A program made the position numbers and the translations under genes. Of a DNA stretch of 32,152 nucleotides, positions 16,715-24,731 are shown piece by piece (the stretch's first letter is position 1; every line of letters starts with the position of its first letter). The notes below the pieces were generated by a model, which was given only the letters and a program-made list of their open reading frames with translations, did not search any database and was not told where the DNA came from. Origin of the DNA: Verrucomicrobiota bacterium. Lineage in GTDB: Bacteria > Verrucomicrobiota > Verrucomicrobiia > Limisphaerales > Palsa-1400. The DNA is taken from contig JBEKYR010000052.1 of the NCBI GenBank assembly GCA_049510745.1, forward strand, positions 1 to 32,152, given 5' to 3'.

Positions 16715-17367
16715 TACCAGTTGCCGTTAGTGATGATGACTAATTGGCCGCTTTTCGAGCCGATGGAATACTCGGCCCAGAGGTCGTAAGTGCTCGGGTT
16801 GTGCCGGTACGGGCTGGAGGAATCGTAATGCCAGAAATTGAGCTGCCCATTGGTCACAGGGACCGGCACCAGCAGACCGAAGATGCTCGGGTATGCGGCG
16901 GTGTAATTCGTGTAGTCCTTGGGCAACGGGAGCGGCTTGAAAAAGTTTTGCGGTTCAACGGCATCTGAGTTGGCAATGCCGCCCCGGGCAAAGACGTTAG
17001 TAAAAGCGATTCTCTGAATGGTCCCCCCGTTCCCGTAGTTCACAATATAATTGCCGCCCAAATTTGTCGGAATGGCCCCGGTCAACTCATAAAGCAGCGG
17101 GTTGGTGCGTGAATAACTCTCAACGGCTGTCTGCGCGGCCGCGGCGATGTTTCCGTTGTCCGGCGGATAGAAACTCAACTTCGACTGATAGTTGTCGATG
17201 GCGAGCATCAGCCTGTGCCTTTCGGCATCGACCATGCCCTTCTTGCGGGCGTTGGAGGCGGCGCCGGCCATGCTGATGACCATGGCGGCCACAATCCCCA
17301 TGATGGCAATGACCATCAGCATCTCGATCAGGGTGAAGCCGCTCCGTTTTGGGTTTGTCATGTTCAT
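16714..17367 (-). CDS. Prepilin / GspG-like pseudopilin, 217 aa
   Basis: KRSG/FTLIEMLMVIAIMGIVAAMV, AIDNYQSKLSFYPPDN, and C-terminal HNPSTYDLWA resembling the GspG YDLxS motif. Confidence 0.87.
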   Translation of the reverse strand: MNMTNPKRSGFTLIEMLMVIAIMGIVAAMVISMAGAASNARKKGMVDAERHRLMLAIDNYQSKLSFYPPDNGNIAAAAQTAVESYSRTNPLLYELTGAIPTNLGGNYIVNYGNGGTIQRIAFTNVFARGGIANSDAVEPQNFFKPLPLPKDYTNYTAAYPSIFGLLVPVPVTNGQLNFWHYDSSSPYRHNPSTYDLWAEYSIGSKSGQLVIITNGNW

Positions 17368-17368
17368 G

Positions 17369-17671
17369 CTAACCGTTCTGCGAGCGCGCGCCGAGTTTCT
17401 GGTCCCGCATTTCCTGTTCCATCCGCTCGCTCAGCCATTGTTTGATCATGCTTTGATAATTGAGATACCGCGACCGGGCCAGGCGCTTGATCCGCGCCAG
17501 CATCCGCGGGTCCATGCGCAAAGTGATCGTCGTCGAATCGGCCAATTCGCTGCCCGCCGCCACCGAACTGTCCATCAACCGCACGTCGATGCGGGACTCG
17601 GCCCAATAAGCGGCCTCGGCCTCTTCGCCGTCGAAGATCGGGACTTCCTCCCAATTGGAAATGGCATTCAT
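17369..17671 (-). CDS. CopG/BrnA-like ribbon-helix-helix antitoxin
   Basis: VPIFDGEEAEAAYW N-terminal motif and TTITLRMDPRMLARIKRLARSRYLNYQSMIKQWL RHH pattern; immediately downstream of a BrnT-like gene. Confidence 0.82.
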   Translation of the reverse strand: MNAISNWEEVPIFDGEEAEAAYWAESRIDVRLMDSSVAAGSELADSTTITLRMDPRMLARIKRLARSRYLNYQSMIKQWLSERMEQEMRDQKLGARSQNG

Positions 17672-17679
17672 AGGTGAAT

Positions 17680-17967
17680 CTATTGCGCCAGTGTTTGGTT
17701 GAGTTTTCGTTGATAAAAAAACCGCTCTTCCGGCTCGAAAGGCCGCGCGAAAATCACGCGGGCCTGCTTGCCATTGGTGCGGAACACCGTAAAAACACCC
17801 GTGCCATCCGCCGCCATGCCCAGATTGAAAAACCGGGCCTGGACAGCGAACCGGGGCGAATCCGGCAACAACCGGACCGCGAACGGGTCTTCAAACGACT
17901 CTTCGATGATTTGCAGCGAGAGCGAGGTTTCGAGATTGAAGGGCGGATTGTTCCAATCAAATTCCAT
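17680..17967 (-). CDS. BrnT-like (DUF497) toxin homologue, divergent
   Basis: MEFDW start, FEDPF, RFFNLG, RVIFAR (cf. RIISAR) and EERFFY; 95 aa; toxin-before-antitoxin order as in brnTA. Confidence 0.75.
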   Translation of the reverse strand: MEFDWNNPPFNLETSLSLQIIEESFEDPFAVRLLPDSPRFAVQARFFNLGMAADGTGVFTVFRTNGKQARVIFARPFEPEERFFYQRKLNQTLAQ

Positions 17968-17992
17968 ATATTCTGTAAATCAATTGACCATG

Positions 17993-18037
17993 CAATGTAT
18001 TTACATTGTATTTACCCCACCCAAGAGAAGGTGTCAA
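17993..18037 (-). promoter_or_regulatory. Putative promoter/operator of the BrnT-like/CopG-like pair
   Basis: Perfect inverted repeat CAATGTA-TT-TACATTG (17993-18008); direct repeat TGTATTTAC at 17996 and 18007. Minus-strand TTGACA at 18037-18032 and TACAAT at 18010-18005 (21-bp spacing, non-optimal). Confidence 0.6.
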
Positions 18038-18068
18038 GGGTTAAAAGCAAGTTTTTCCGAAAAATTGG

Positions 18069-18482
18069 TTAAGGCGCCTGGGGGGCGCGGGTGAAGGCGC
18101 TGGCCACTTTGATGTTCGCGGCTTTGGCGGCGTCCATGACCTTGACGACCTGGCCCCACGGAGCCTCGGTGTCGGCGCGGATGGCCAGGGTCGTTTCGGG
18201 ATTGGCGTGGACGGCGTCGATGAGCCGTTTTTGCAGGGTGTCCAGGGTCACGGGGTCCGATCTCAGGTAAAGCGGGCCTTGCTTGGAGATGGTGACGACA
18301 ATGGAGTTTTCAGCGGCGCCGGGTTTTTGCTGTCTGGATTCCGGCAGGGCCAGCTTGAGGTTGGGCTGCTGCTTGAAGGTGGTGGTCACGATGAGAAAGA
18401 TCAGAACGACGATGAGCACGTCGATGAGCGAGACAATGATGACGGAGGGAGCCTGCCGGCGTTTGCGAGTGGTGAATTGCAT
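18069..18482 (-). CDS. exbD: Biopolymer transport protein ExbD/TolR
   Basis: SLIDVLIVVLIFLIVT TM helix with the conserved Asp, LALPES, IRADTEAPWGQVVKVMDAAKAA; 137 aa. Confidence 0.92.
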   Translation of the reverse strand: MQFTTRKRRQAPSVIIVSLIDVLIVVLIFLIVTTTFKQQPNLKLALPESRQQKPGAAENSIVVTISKQGPLYLRSDPVTLDTLQKRLIDAVHANPETTLAIRADTEAPWGQVVKVMDAAKAANIKVASAFTRAPQAP

Positions 18483-18488
18483 GGGTGA

Positions 18489-19118
18489 TCAAGCGCGGGA
18501 GTCGGCGGGCGTTTCGGCTAATCGGGAGGCTTCCTCGCCGCGGTAGATTTGGTGGAGGAAGACGTCGCACAGAGCAGCCATCTCAATGGCCAGGTTTTCC
18601 GCTTTCTTGGTGTAATAGCTCCAAGCCACCAGCGAGGGGATGGCGGTGATCAAGCCCAACAAGGTGGAGTTGAGGGCCAGCGCAATGCCTCTGGCCAACG
18701 TGCTGTTGTCGCCCAGTCCGGTCGCGCCCATGGTGGCAAAGAGAGTGATGAGGCCGTAGATGGTGCCGACCAAGCCGAGGAGGGGAGCGACGCCCACGAC
18801 GATTTCCAGCACGACCAGGCCGCGTTCGAGGCGGGAAACTTCCTGGCGGGCGCTGATTTCCAGGCCCCGGGCGTTGTCTTCCCGGGGCCAATGACGGTTC
18901 TTGTCCGCCAGCAGCAAAAGGCGGCTCAAGGGCGCGGGATGTTGGCGGCAGATGTTGCGCAGCATCGGCAGATCATCCGCCGAGCGGCAGGCGTCCAGCG
19001 CGCTGAGGACCACCGGGGGGACGACTTTGGCCGCGCGCAAGGCCAGGCCGCGTTCGATGATAAACGTCAAGCCAACGACGGAGGTCAATAATAGTACTCC
19101 AATGATGATATCTTCCAT
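18489..19118 (-). CDS. exbB: MotA/TolQ/ExbB proton channel family protein
   Basis: LERGLVVLEIVVGVAPLLGLVGTIYGLI and GIALALNSTLLGLITAIPSLVAW; adjacent to exbD. Confidence 0.9.
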   Translation of the reverse strand: MEDIIIGVLLLTSVVGLTFIIERGLALRAAKVVPPVVLSALDACRSADDLPMLRNICRQHPAPLSRLLLLADKNRHWPREDNARGLEISARQEVSRLERGLVVLEIVVGVAPLLGLVGTIYGLITLFATMGATGLGDNSTLARGIALALNSTLLGLITAIPSLVAWSYYTKKAENLAIEMAALCDVFLHQIYRGEEASRLAETPADSRA

Positions 19119-19151
19119 GATCGAAATCTTCTCTCAGGAGAGCAGGTTAGT

Positions 19152-20150
19152 TCATTCCTCCATGTAATAGAAAGTAAATTGCACGTCGCGGAAATCCGCC
19201 GGGATTTCCAGGCGCATTTGCTTGGGCCAAGGCAGGTAAGGGGCGGGGTCGAGAATGGCTTGCTGGCAGATCATGGCGAGCAACTCGCTCACCTCGTTCT
19301 GGGTCACTTTGAGATCGGTGATGCGGCCGTCGGGGTGCAGGCGGAACTCGACCACGACTTTTCCGGGGACGTTGGCGCTGCGGTTCTCCAGCAATTGATA
19401 CCAGCGGGCCTTGACGGCCTCGACAAACTGCTCGTCGTAGGCGCCAATGGGGCTGCCTTTGGCGTCGAGGGCCGATTTCATGCTGAGATTGTTGACCCCG
19501 CCGTTTTGCCGGGCTTGTGCGCCGAGCGTGCCTTTCCTGGCCATGGCCTCAGCCAGGGTGCGGGGCCGCTGGTAAGCCGGCTGCGGCTGGGGGGTCGAAT
19601 CGGTCTCGCCCTTGCCGTCCTTGTCCTGGGTTTTATCGACAGGCGGAGCCAGGACGAGGTCGCCGGGGGTGTAGGATTTCCTGGGGGGCGGCTCGCTGGG
19701 GGTGGGTTGAGGCTGGGGCGGCGGCGTGGGCTGCAACGGCACGGCTTTGGGTTTGGCATCCTCCGTCGTCTTCATGACTTTGTCCTGCCGGCCCTCAATG
19801 TTGGGGACGGTCGAGGGTATCTTGATCTCCTTGTTGGCGGCCAGCGTATTGTTGGCGGCGTAGTATTTGGGATTCTTGGGCGCTTGCGCCGCGATCATGT
19901 CGGGATCGATCTCGACAAACACGGTGGGCGCCGCGGAGAGCAGCGGAGACAGTTTTTTTGGAAAGGCAGGCGCCAGAACTTTGGAGACCAACTGCATCCA
20001 GTGCGGCAAGCCCAGATGGCTCCACCAACCCTGGGCTTGGCCGGTTTTCCAAGCGCCGAAGACCAGCAGATGCAGCAACAGGGACAGAATGAGCGCCCTG
20101 AGAAGGAGTTTCTCAGTGGCGCTGGCGTCATCAATCTCGGACACAGTCAC
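19152..20150 (-). CDS. TonB/TolA-like energy transducer
   Basis: TM anchor ALILSLLLHLLVF (SxxxH), Pro-rich linker, C-terminal YDEQFVEAVKARW..GKVVVEFRLHPDGRITDLKV..AILDPAPYLPWP. GTG at 20150 preferred because the ORF-track extension to 20324 reads through intergenic repeats. Confidence 0.85.
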   Translation of the reverse strand: MTVSEIDDASATEKLLLRALILSLLLHLLVFGAWKTGQAQGWWSHLGLPHWMQLVSKVLAPAFPKKLSPLLSAAPTVFVEIDPDMIAAQAPKNPKYYAANNTLAANKEIKIPSTVPNIEGRQDKVMKTTEDAKPKAVPLQPTPPPQPQPTPSEPPPRKSYTPGDLVLAPPVDKTQDKDGKGETDSTPQPQPAYQRPRTLAEAMARKGTLGAQARQNGGVNNLSMKSALDAKGSPIGAYDEQFVEAVKARWYQLLENRSANVPGKVVVEFRLHPDGRITDLKVTQNEVSELLAMICQQAILDPAPYLPWPKQMRLEIPADFRDVQFTFYYMEE

Positions 20151-20339
20151 GGCCCAAGGATGGCAAAATTGGGGGGATAAAACAACGCAAAAGCCGTGAC
20201 CCAAATCCGCGCCCAAGGAATTGTCATTGAACCGCGAAACACGCAGAGCGGCCAGCCGCAACCAAAAAAAGACGGACAGGATGAACAGGATTGAGAACAG
20301 GCTCAGAAAAGAGAATTCCCACAATTGTTAAATGTTTAA

Positions 20340-21755
20340 CTACGTCCCCAATTTCCGCATCCATTGATAAAACATTGGCACCGGCGCTTGCGACGCTGCT
20401 GAAACGGTAAAAGTCGTAAAATCCCCCACCACTCCAATATGGCTCGCCGGTTGCGTCAGGATTGTCGGGGGCAGCGGCAGATTGACGGCCAGCGTCACAT
20501 TGGAACTGAGCGCCACATTCGGTTCCGTTCCCACAATTACGGCATAAGTTCCCGCCTCTCCGGGTAACACAGCGCCGAAACTCAACGCAGAATTGGTTGC
20601 ATTGGCGATGTTGGTTCCATCGAATGTCCATTGGTATTGCAGCGGCACCGGCCCATCGGCCAGCACGCTGAACGACGCCGGGCTGTACGCCGTGACGGAT
20701 TGATCGCTCGGTTGCGAAATAAGCACCGGAATGAGATCAACCACCAGTACTGCGTTGGAACTCGAAAGCCAGCCGTAGCTGTTGCTGACAATGACGCTGT
20801 ACGTTCCCCCTTGCGATGCCTGAACATTAGTCAACGACAGTGTCGCGTTCGTCGCTCCGGACAGATTCGTGCCGTCAAAAAGCCATTGATAAAGCACCGG
20901 TTCTGCTCCGTTCGCCACAATCGCAAAGGAAGCCGTATAGCCCCCAAAAATTGTTTGGTTCGTTGGTTGCGAAAAAATGAATGGCGATGACAGTGTCAGG
21001 CATTTCCCCGCGCTTCCCGCATTGTAAGTTGCCTGTATTTCCGCAGCGGTCAGCGGCCGATTGTAAACGGACAGTTCATCAATTGTTCCCCAAAATGGAA
21101 AGTAACCATCTTCCGCCTCGCATCCGATTGCCGCTCCGAATCTGCCAACATCAAAGACAAATGTTGAAGCATACGGCGGCATAGCGAAGCCGGTGCCGTC
21201 AATATAGATTAGCACCTCCGTCCCAGACTTCGTAACCCCGAGATGATGGAAGTTCGTGTTCGCAACAAGTTGATTCGTACAATCCACCTCGAAATTACCG
21301 CCAACCGTCGCTAGATAAAGCGTGCCGTCATCATAGATCCCGAACTCATATCCCTCGTACACGAAGCCGAAGATCACGCCTTGCCCACCACCGGACCCAA
21401 CACTAGTCGGATTGGCTCGCTTTATCCACCCTTCAATCGTAAAATCCTGTAACTGGAGATTCCCTGCGTCGCCCACCTCAAGTATGGAACCGCCACTCCC
21501 ATCGAAATAAAAACCCTGGCCCACCTCGCCAGATCCGTAACTCATAGCGCCACCATATACGGTCCCGTTGTTGCCACCGGTCTGGTCCAAAACGTTCGCT
21601 TCCCCTCTCCACCAGCTTACCAGCCCACTCGGCGCTGGCACGCAATTTGTGGATGCCCAAGAAGTAGTGACATTCGCACCTATAATTATCAACAAGACCT
21701 CGATACGCGCGATAGCAATCCGCGTAACTATCCTGAGGGTGCGTCCTAAGATCAT
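20340..21755 (-). CDS. Secreted LamG + immunoglobulin-like repeat protein, apparently 3'-truncated
   Basis: Signal-like N-terminus, LamG (GLVSWWRGE..FTIEGWIK..IDELSVYNRPLTAAEI), two Ig repeats (SQP..YQW.FDGTN..ATN..L..GTY.VIV). A third repeat stops just after YQW (YQWMRKLGT*). Confidence 0.8.
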   Translation of the reverse strand: MILGRTLRIVTRIAIARIEVLLIIIGANVTTSWASTNCVPAPSGLVSWWRGEANVLDQTGGNNGTVYGGAMSYGSGEVGQGFYFDGSGGSILEVGDAGNLQLQDFTIEGWIKRANPTSVGSGGGQGVIFGFVYEGYEFGIYDDGTLYLATVGGNFEVDCTNQLVANTNFHHLGVTKSGTEVLIYIDGTGFAMPPYASTFVFDVGRFGAAIGCEAEDGYFPFWGTIDELSVYNRPLTAAEIQATYNAGSAGKCLTLSSPFIFSQPTNQTIFGGYTASFAIVANGAEPVLYQWLFDGTNLSGATNATLSLTNVQASQGGTYSVIVSNSYGWLSSSNAVLVVDLIPVLISQPSDQSVTAYSPASFSVLADGPVPLQYQWTFDGTNIANATNSALSFGAVLPGEAGTYAVIVGTEPNVALSSNVTLAVNLPLPPTILTQPASHIGVVGDFTTFTVSAASQAPVPMFYQWMRKLGT

Positions 21756-22810
21756 TTTGGACCAGCGATTGCCCAGTTTAGATTGGTCAGTTGCGGCATG
21801 ACCACATTCGTGTAGTTTGTGCCCAACAAACTACTCGTCAACCAGAGTTGGTTGGAACCAGCTTGAGCATGTCGCCAGAGAATATCCGCAATCCCGTCAC
21901 CGTTAAAATCTCCCACTCCTTGAACTTGCCAATTCGCGTCGCCTTGGCTCGCTAGGTCATTCGTGCCGATGACGTTTGTTCCCTGCATGACCCAAACAAA
22001 ATTGTTCCCAGTTGTATAGTCACGCCACAATATGTCAGTCTGACCACTCCCGGTGAAGTCACCGACCCCAACAACTTTTGCCGTCGATGTTGGGGGGAGA
22101 TTTGTGATCGGAATGTCTGAAATCTTGCTGGTGCCGTCCATAAACCTGATCACCGGACCAAAAGAGTTTGTTATAACAATGTCTGCTTTACCGTCTCCGC
22201 TGAAATCGCCTGTCCCGACAATCCCGTAGGATGAGTTCCCCAGCGCCGGCAGCCAATTGGACGAAATAAAACTTGGCCCCTGCATCATCCAGAGCAAGAC
22301 GTTGGTGGTACCAGGCATCGTCCACAATATATCATTATTGCAGTCCCCTGTAAAGTCCGCCGTGCCGGAAATCACCCAGCCCGCCGGCATCGAGGGCAGC
22401 CCGTTGCTCGACAGGGTACCGCAACACGAGCACGAGTTGGTATTCGTTCCATTCATGGGCCAGAGGACGTTCTGCCCGGTGTTCGTATTCCGCCACAGCA
22501 AAGCCGGGCTGCCATTCAGAAAGAAATCCCCTTTCTGTTGTGTCCCAATGACCGGCGATCCGGCCCAAGGCGTTATTTGGATCAACGCGCTGCCGTTGCT
22601 GTTGTGATTGGCTGCCAAAAAGGAATCCGGCTGCCTTTGAAAATAGGTGTCGATCGGCTGCCTTAGGAAATGGGCGTTGAACAGGACAATGCCGTTGGTC
22701 GAACTGTCCAGCGTGTTTCCGCTCACCAGCGCATTGGTGATGTTCCAAAGGTAAAATCCCCAATTCGTAGGCATGGGGCCTGTAATAATGCGGTTAAACT
22801 GAGCTGTCAT
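21752..22810 (-). CDS. FG-GAP/VCBS repeat beta-propeller protein, apparently 5'-truncated
   Basis: Repeats ADFTGDCNNDILW, GDFSGDGKADIV, GDFTGSGQTDILWR, GDFNGDGIADILWR. No signal peptide. The frame stays open upstream of the ATG to 22930 (PQVALRHNVIVLTNSF...). ATGA overlap with the LamG gene. Confidence 0.8.
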   Translation of the reverse strand: MTAQFNRIITGPMPTNWGFYLWNITNALVSGNTLDSSTNGIVLFNAHFLRQPIDTYFQRQPDSFLAANHNSNGSALIQITPWAGSPVIGTQQKGDFFLNGSPALLWRNTNTGQNVLWPMNGTNTNSCSCCGTLSSNGLPSMPAGWVISGTADFTGDCNNDILWTMPGTTNVLLWMMQGPSFISSNWLPALGNSSYGIVGTGDFSGDGKADIVITNSFGPVIRFMDGTSKISDIPITNLPPTSTAKVVGVGDFTGSGQTDILWRDYTTGNNFVWVMQGTNVIGTNDLASQGDANWQVQGVGDFNGDGIADILWRHAQAGSNQLWLTSSLLGTNYTNVVMPQLTNLNWAIAGPK

Positions 22811-23062
22811 GGATGGAATCGGAGGAACGGCGTACAGATTACCAAGATAACTAAAAATCCCTACCGCCGCCCCCCAATAAGCAAAACTGTTCGTCAGAAC
22901 AATGACATTGTGTCGCAGAGCGACTTGGGGTCAACTTCATACATTCAACATTTCGGCGATTTTGTTCAGCCGAGCGATGCAGCGTTCCGGGCGTTTTGCT
23001 TCAAGAGCATCGGTTTCCACTATAGCGGGGGTCAAGCCCGGAATTCTGAATTGTATTCATAA

Positions 23063-24730
23063 TCAAGACGGGGCGGACGGCCTGGGCCTGGCTTCGACGG
23101 TGGGCGCGGGCTTCAATAGATAGGTCAGCGCTTTGACGGCCAGTTCCATCATGAGGAAGGGCTTGGCAATGAGATCGTTGCCGCCGGATAGGGAGGACTG
23201 GGCCCGGATTTCAAATTTGGTCAGACTGGTGACGAAGATGACCGGGGTGGTCTTGTTGGTGGGCAGCTTGCGCAACTCGGCGCACAGTTCGAAGCCGGTC
23301 AAGCCGGGCATTTCGGCGTCGAGAAAAATCAAGTCGAACGGGTTTTCCTTGAGCACATTCAGGGCCGCGCGCGAATCGTCCATGCCGATGCACCTGAGAT
23401 TGGCTTTGCCGAGGGCGACGGAGATGGTGCGGCGGGCGATTGGCTCGTCGTCCACCGCCAGGATAAGGAGGGACTGGGGAAGTTCACTGGGAAGGTGGCT
23501 GAGATCGCGGAACAGCAGGTTCATGCAGTCGGCGGCGTGGGCGATGGTGCGCAGGACGGAACTGGTCATCTGGCTGGGCTTTTTATGAAGGTCTTTGATC
23601 AGCGCGTCCAAGGCGCCGGAGAGATGAGCGATGCGGCCAAAGCCGGTGATGCCGGCCAGGCTGGCCAGGGAGGAAACGGTCGCCTCCAAGTCGTGGAGGA
23701 GGTTGAACTGGTCGGTGGTGCTTTTGCTCTTGATGAGGGCGCCGACGCGTTCGCGGAGTTCGTTCTGGATTTGCGGGGCGCGCCGGAGGAATTGCTCGCG
23801 AATTTCGGCGCGAAAATCCGAGCCGGAGGGCGCTTCCTCTTCGCCGGATATGGATTCGGCCGGCCAAGCGGGAGGGGGCGCCGCCTGGGGGGCAACCGGC
23901 GCGGACGGAGCCGGGGCGGCGGGCGGACTGGTGACAAAAGTTGGGCGTGTCGGCGTCCGCACAGCGGGAATCTCGGGACGGGGAACGGAGATTGCCGGCG
24001 TTTGGGCGGGCGGGCCGCCTTCTTTTTCCTGGGCAAAGGCGGGACGGGTTGGGGCGGTTCCCTTGGACGGAGGCAGATCAAGGCTGATCTTCAGCTTGGG
24101 CGGCTGCGAAGGCATGGACGGGTCATCGGGCCAGGGTGGAGGCGGTTCCGCCGGCGCCGCCCGTTTGGGAAGGGCGGGGCGCGGCGGCGGGGTCACGGGC
24201 ACGAAGGGAACGGCTTCCTGAGCCATGACCGGCTTGGAAGCGGGCGGCGCGGGGGTGGCGGGAGAAGGGGTTGGCGCGGCCGGTTCAGGCGGCGGCGCGG
24301 GAATGTCCAAGGCCCCTTTGGGCATGGAGATGGTGCCGAATTTGGGCGTGAACGAGGTGGCTTCGCCGCTGAGAAGTTGTTCGATCAACTCGAGCGCCAG
24401 GTTGGGAGTGCAGTCCATTTTGGAAACGCACTTGGTGGCGCCGGCTTTCCAGGCTTCCTTGGCCAGATCGGGGCGGTAGAAGCTGGACAAGACCAGGATC
24501 GGGACGGCGCGAAACTCCGGCCACGCCCGGATTTGGCGGATGACTTCGACGCCGTCAATGCCGGGGAGCATGATGTCCACTTGGATGACATCCGGCTTGA
24601 AAACGGGCAGCATATTGAGCGCGGCGGTGCCTTCCTCAGCGGTCTCGACCTTGTAGCCGGACATTTCAAATTTCCGGCGATAGATGGACCGGACGATCAA
24701 GTCGTCCTCGACGATGAGGATTTTCTTCAT
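23063..24730 (-). CDS. Response regulator: REC, Pro-rich linker, Hpt-like bundle, REC; 555 aa
   Basis: ATG at 24730 (MKKILIVEDD..VDIMLPGIDG..SK); C-terminal ILAVDDE..FLDAEMPGLTG..IAKPF. The ORF-track start at 25072 overlaps the Hpt gene out of frame. Confidence 0.9.
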   Translation of the reverse strand: MKKILIVEDDLIVRSIYRRKFEMSGYKVETAEEGTAALNMLPVFKPDVIQVDIMLPGIDGVEVIRQIRAWPEFRAVPILVLSSFYRPDLAKEAWKAGATKCVSKMDCTPNLALELIEQLLSGEATSFTPKFGTISMPKGALDIPAPPPEPAAPTPSPATPAPPASKPVMAQEAVPFVPVTPPPRPALPKRAAPAEPPPPWPDDPSMPSQPPKLKISLDLPPSKGTAPTRPAFAQEKEGGPPAQTPAISVPRPEIPAVRTPTRPTFVTSPPAAPAPSAPVAPQAAPPPAWPAESISGEEEAPSGSDFRAEIREQFLRRAPQIQNELRERVGALIKSKSTTDQFNLLHDLEATVSSLASLAGITGFGRIAHLSGALDALIKDLHKKPSQMTSSVLRTIAHAADCMNLLFRDLSHLPSELPQSLLILAVDDEPIARRTISVALGKANLRCIGMDDSRAALNVLKENPFDLIFLDAEMPGLTGFELCAELRKLPTNKTTPVIFVTSLTKFEIRAQSSLSGGNDLIAKPFLMMELAVKALTYLLKPAPTVEARPRPSAPS

Positions 24731-24731
24731 C

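Noticed and set aside
10004..17367. Complete T2SS or type IV pilus locus
   Set aside because: No assembly ATPase, inner-membrane platform, secretin or prepilin peptidase is present; only pilin-like subunits.
20151..20324. Hydrophobic N-terminal extension of the TonB-like ORF
   Set aside because: It derives from reading through an intergenic 9-mer repeat (SILFILS). The SxxxH anchor follows the GTG at 20150.
20323..23052. Intact IS, integron cassette or prophage
   Set aside because: I found no transposase, integrase, attC-like structure or target-site duplication. It is reported only as a motif-bounded fragment.
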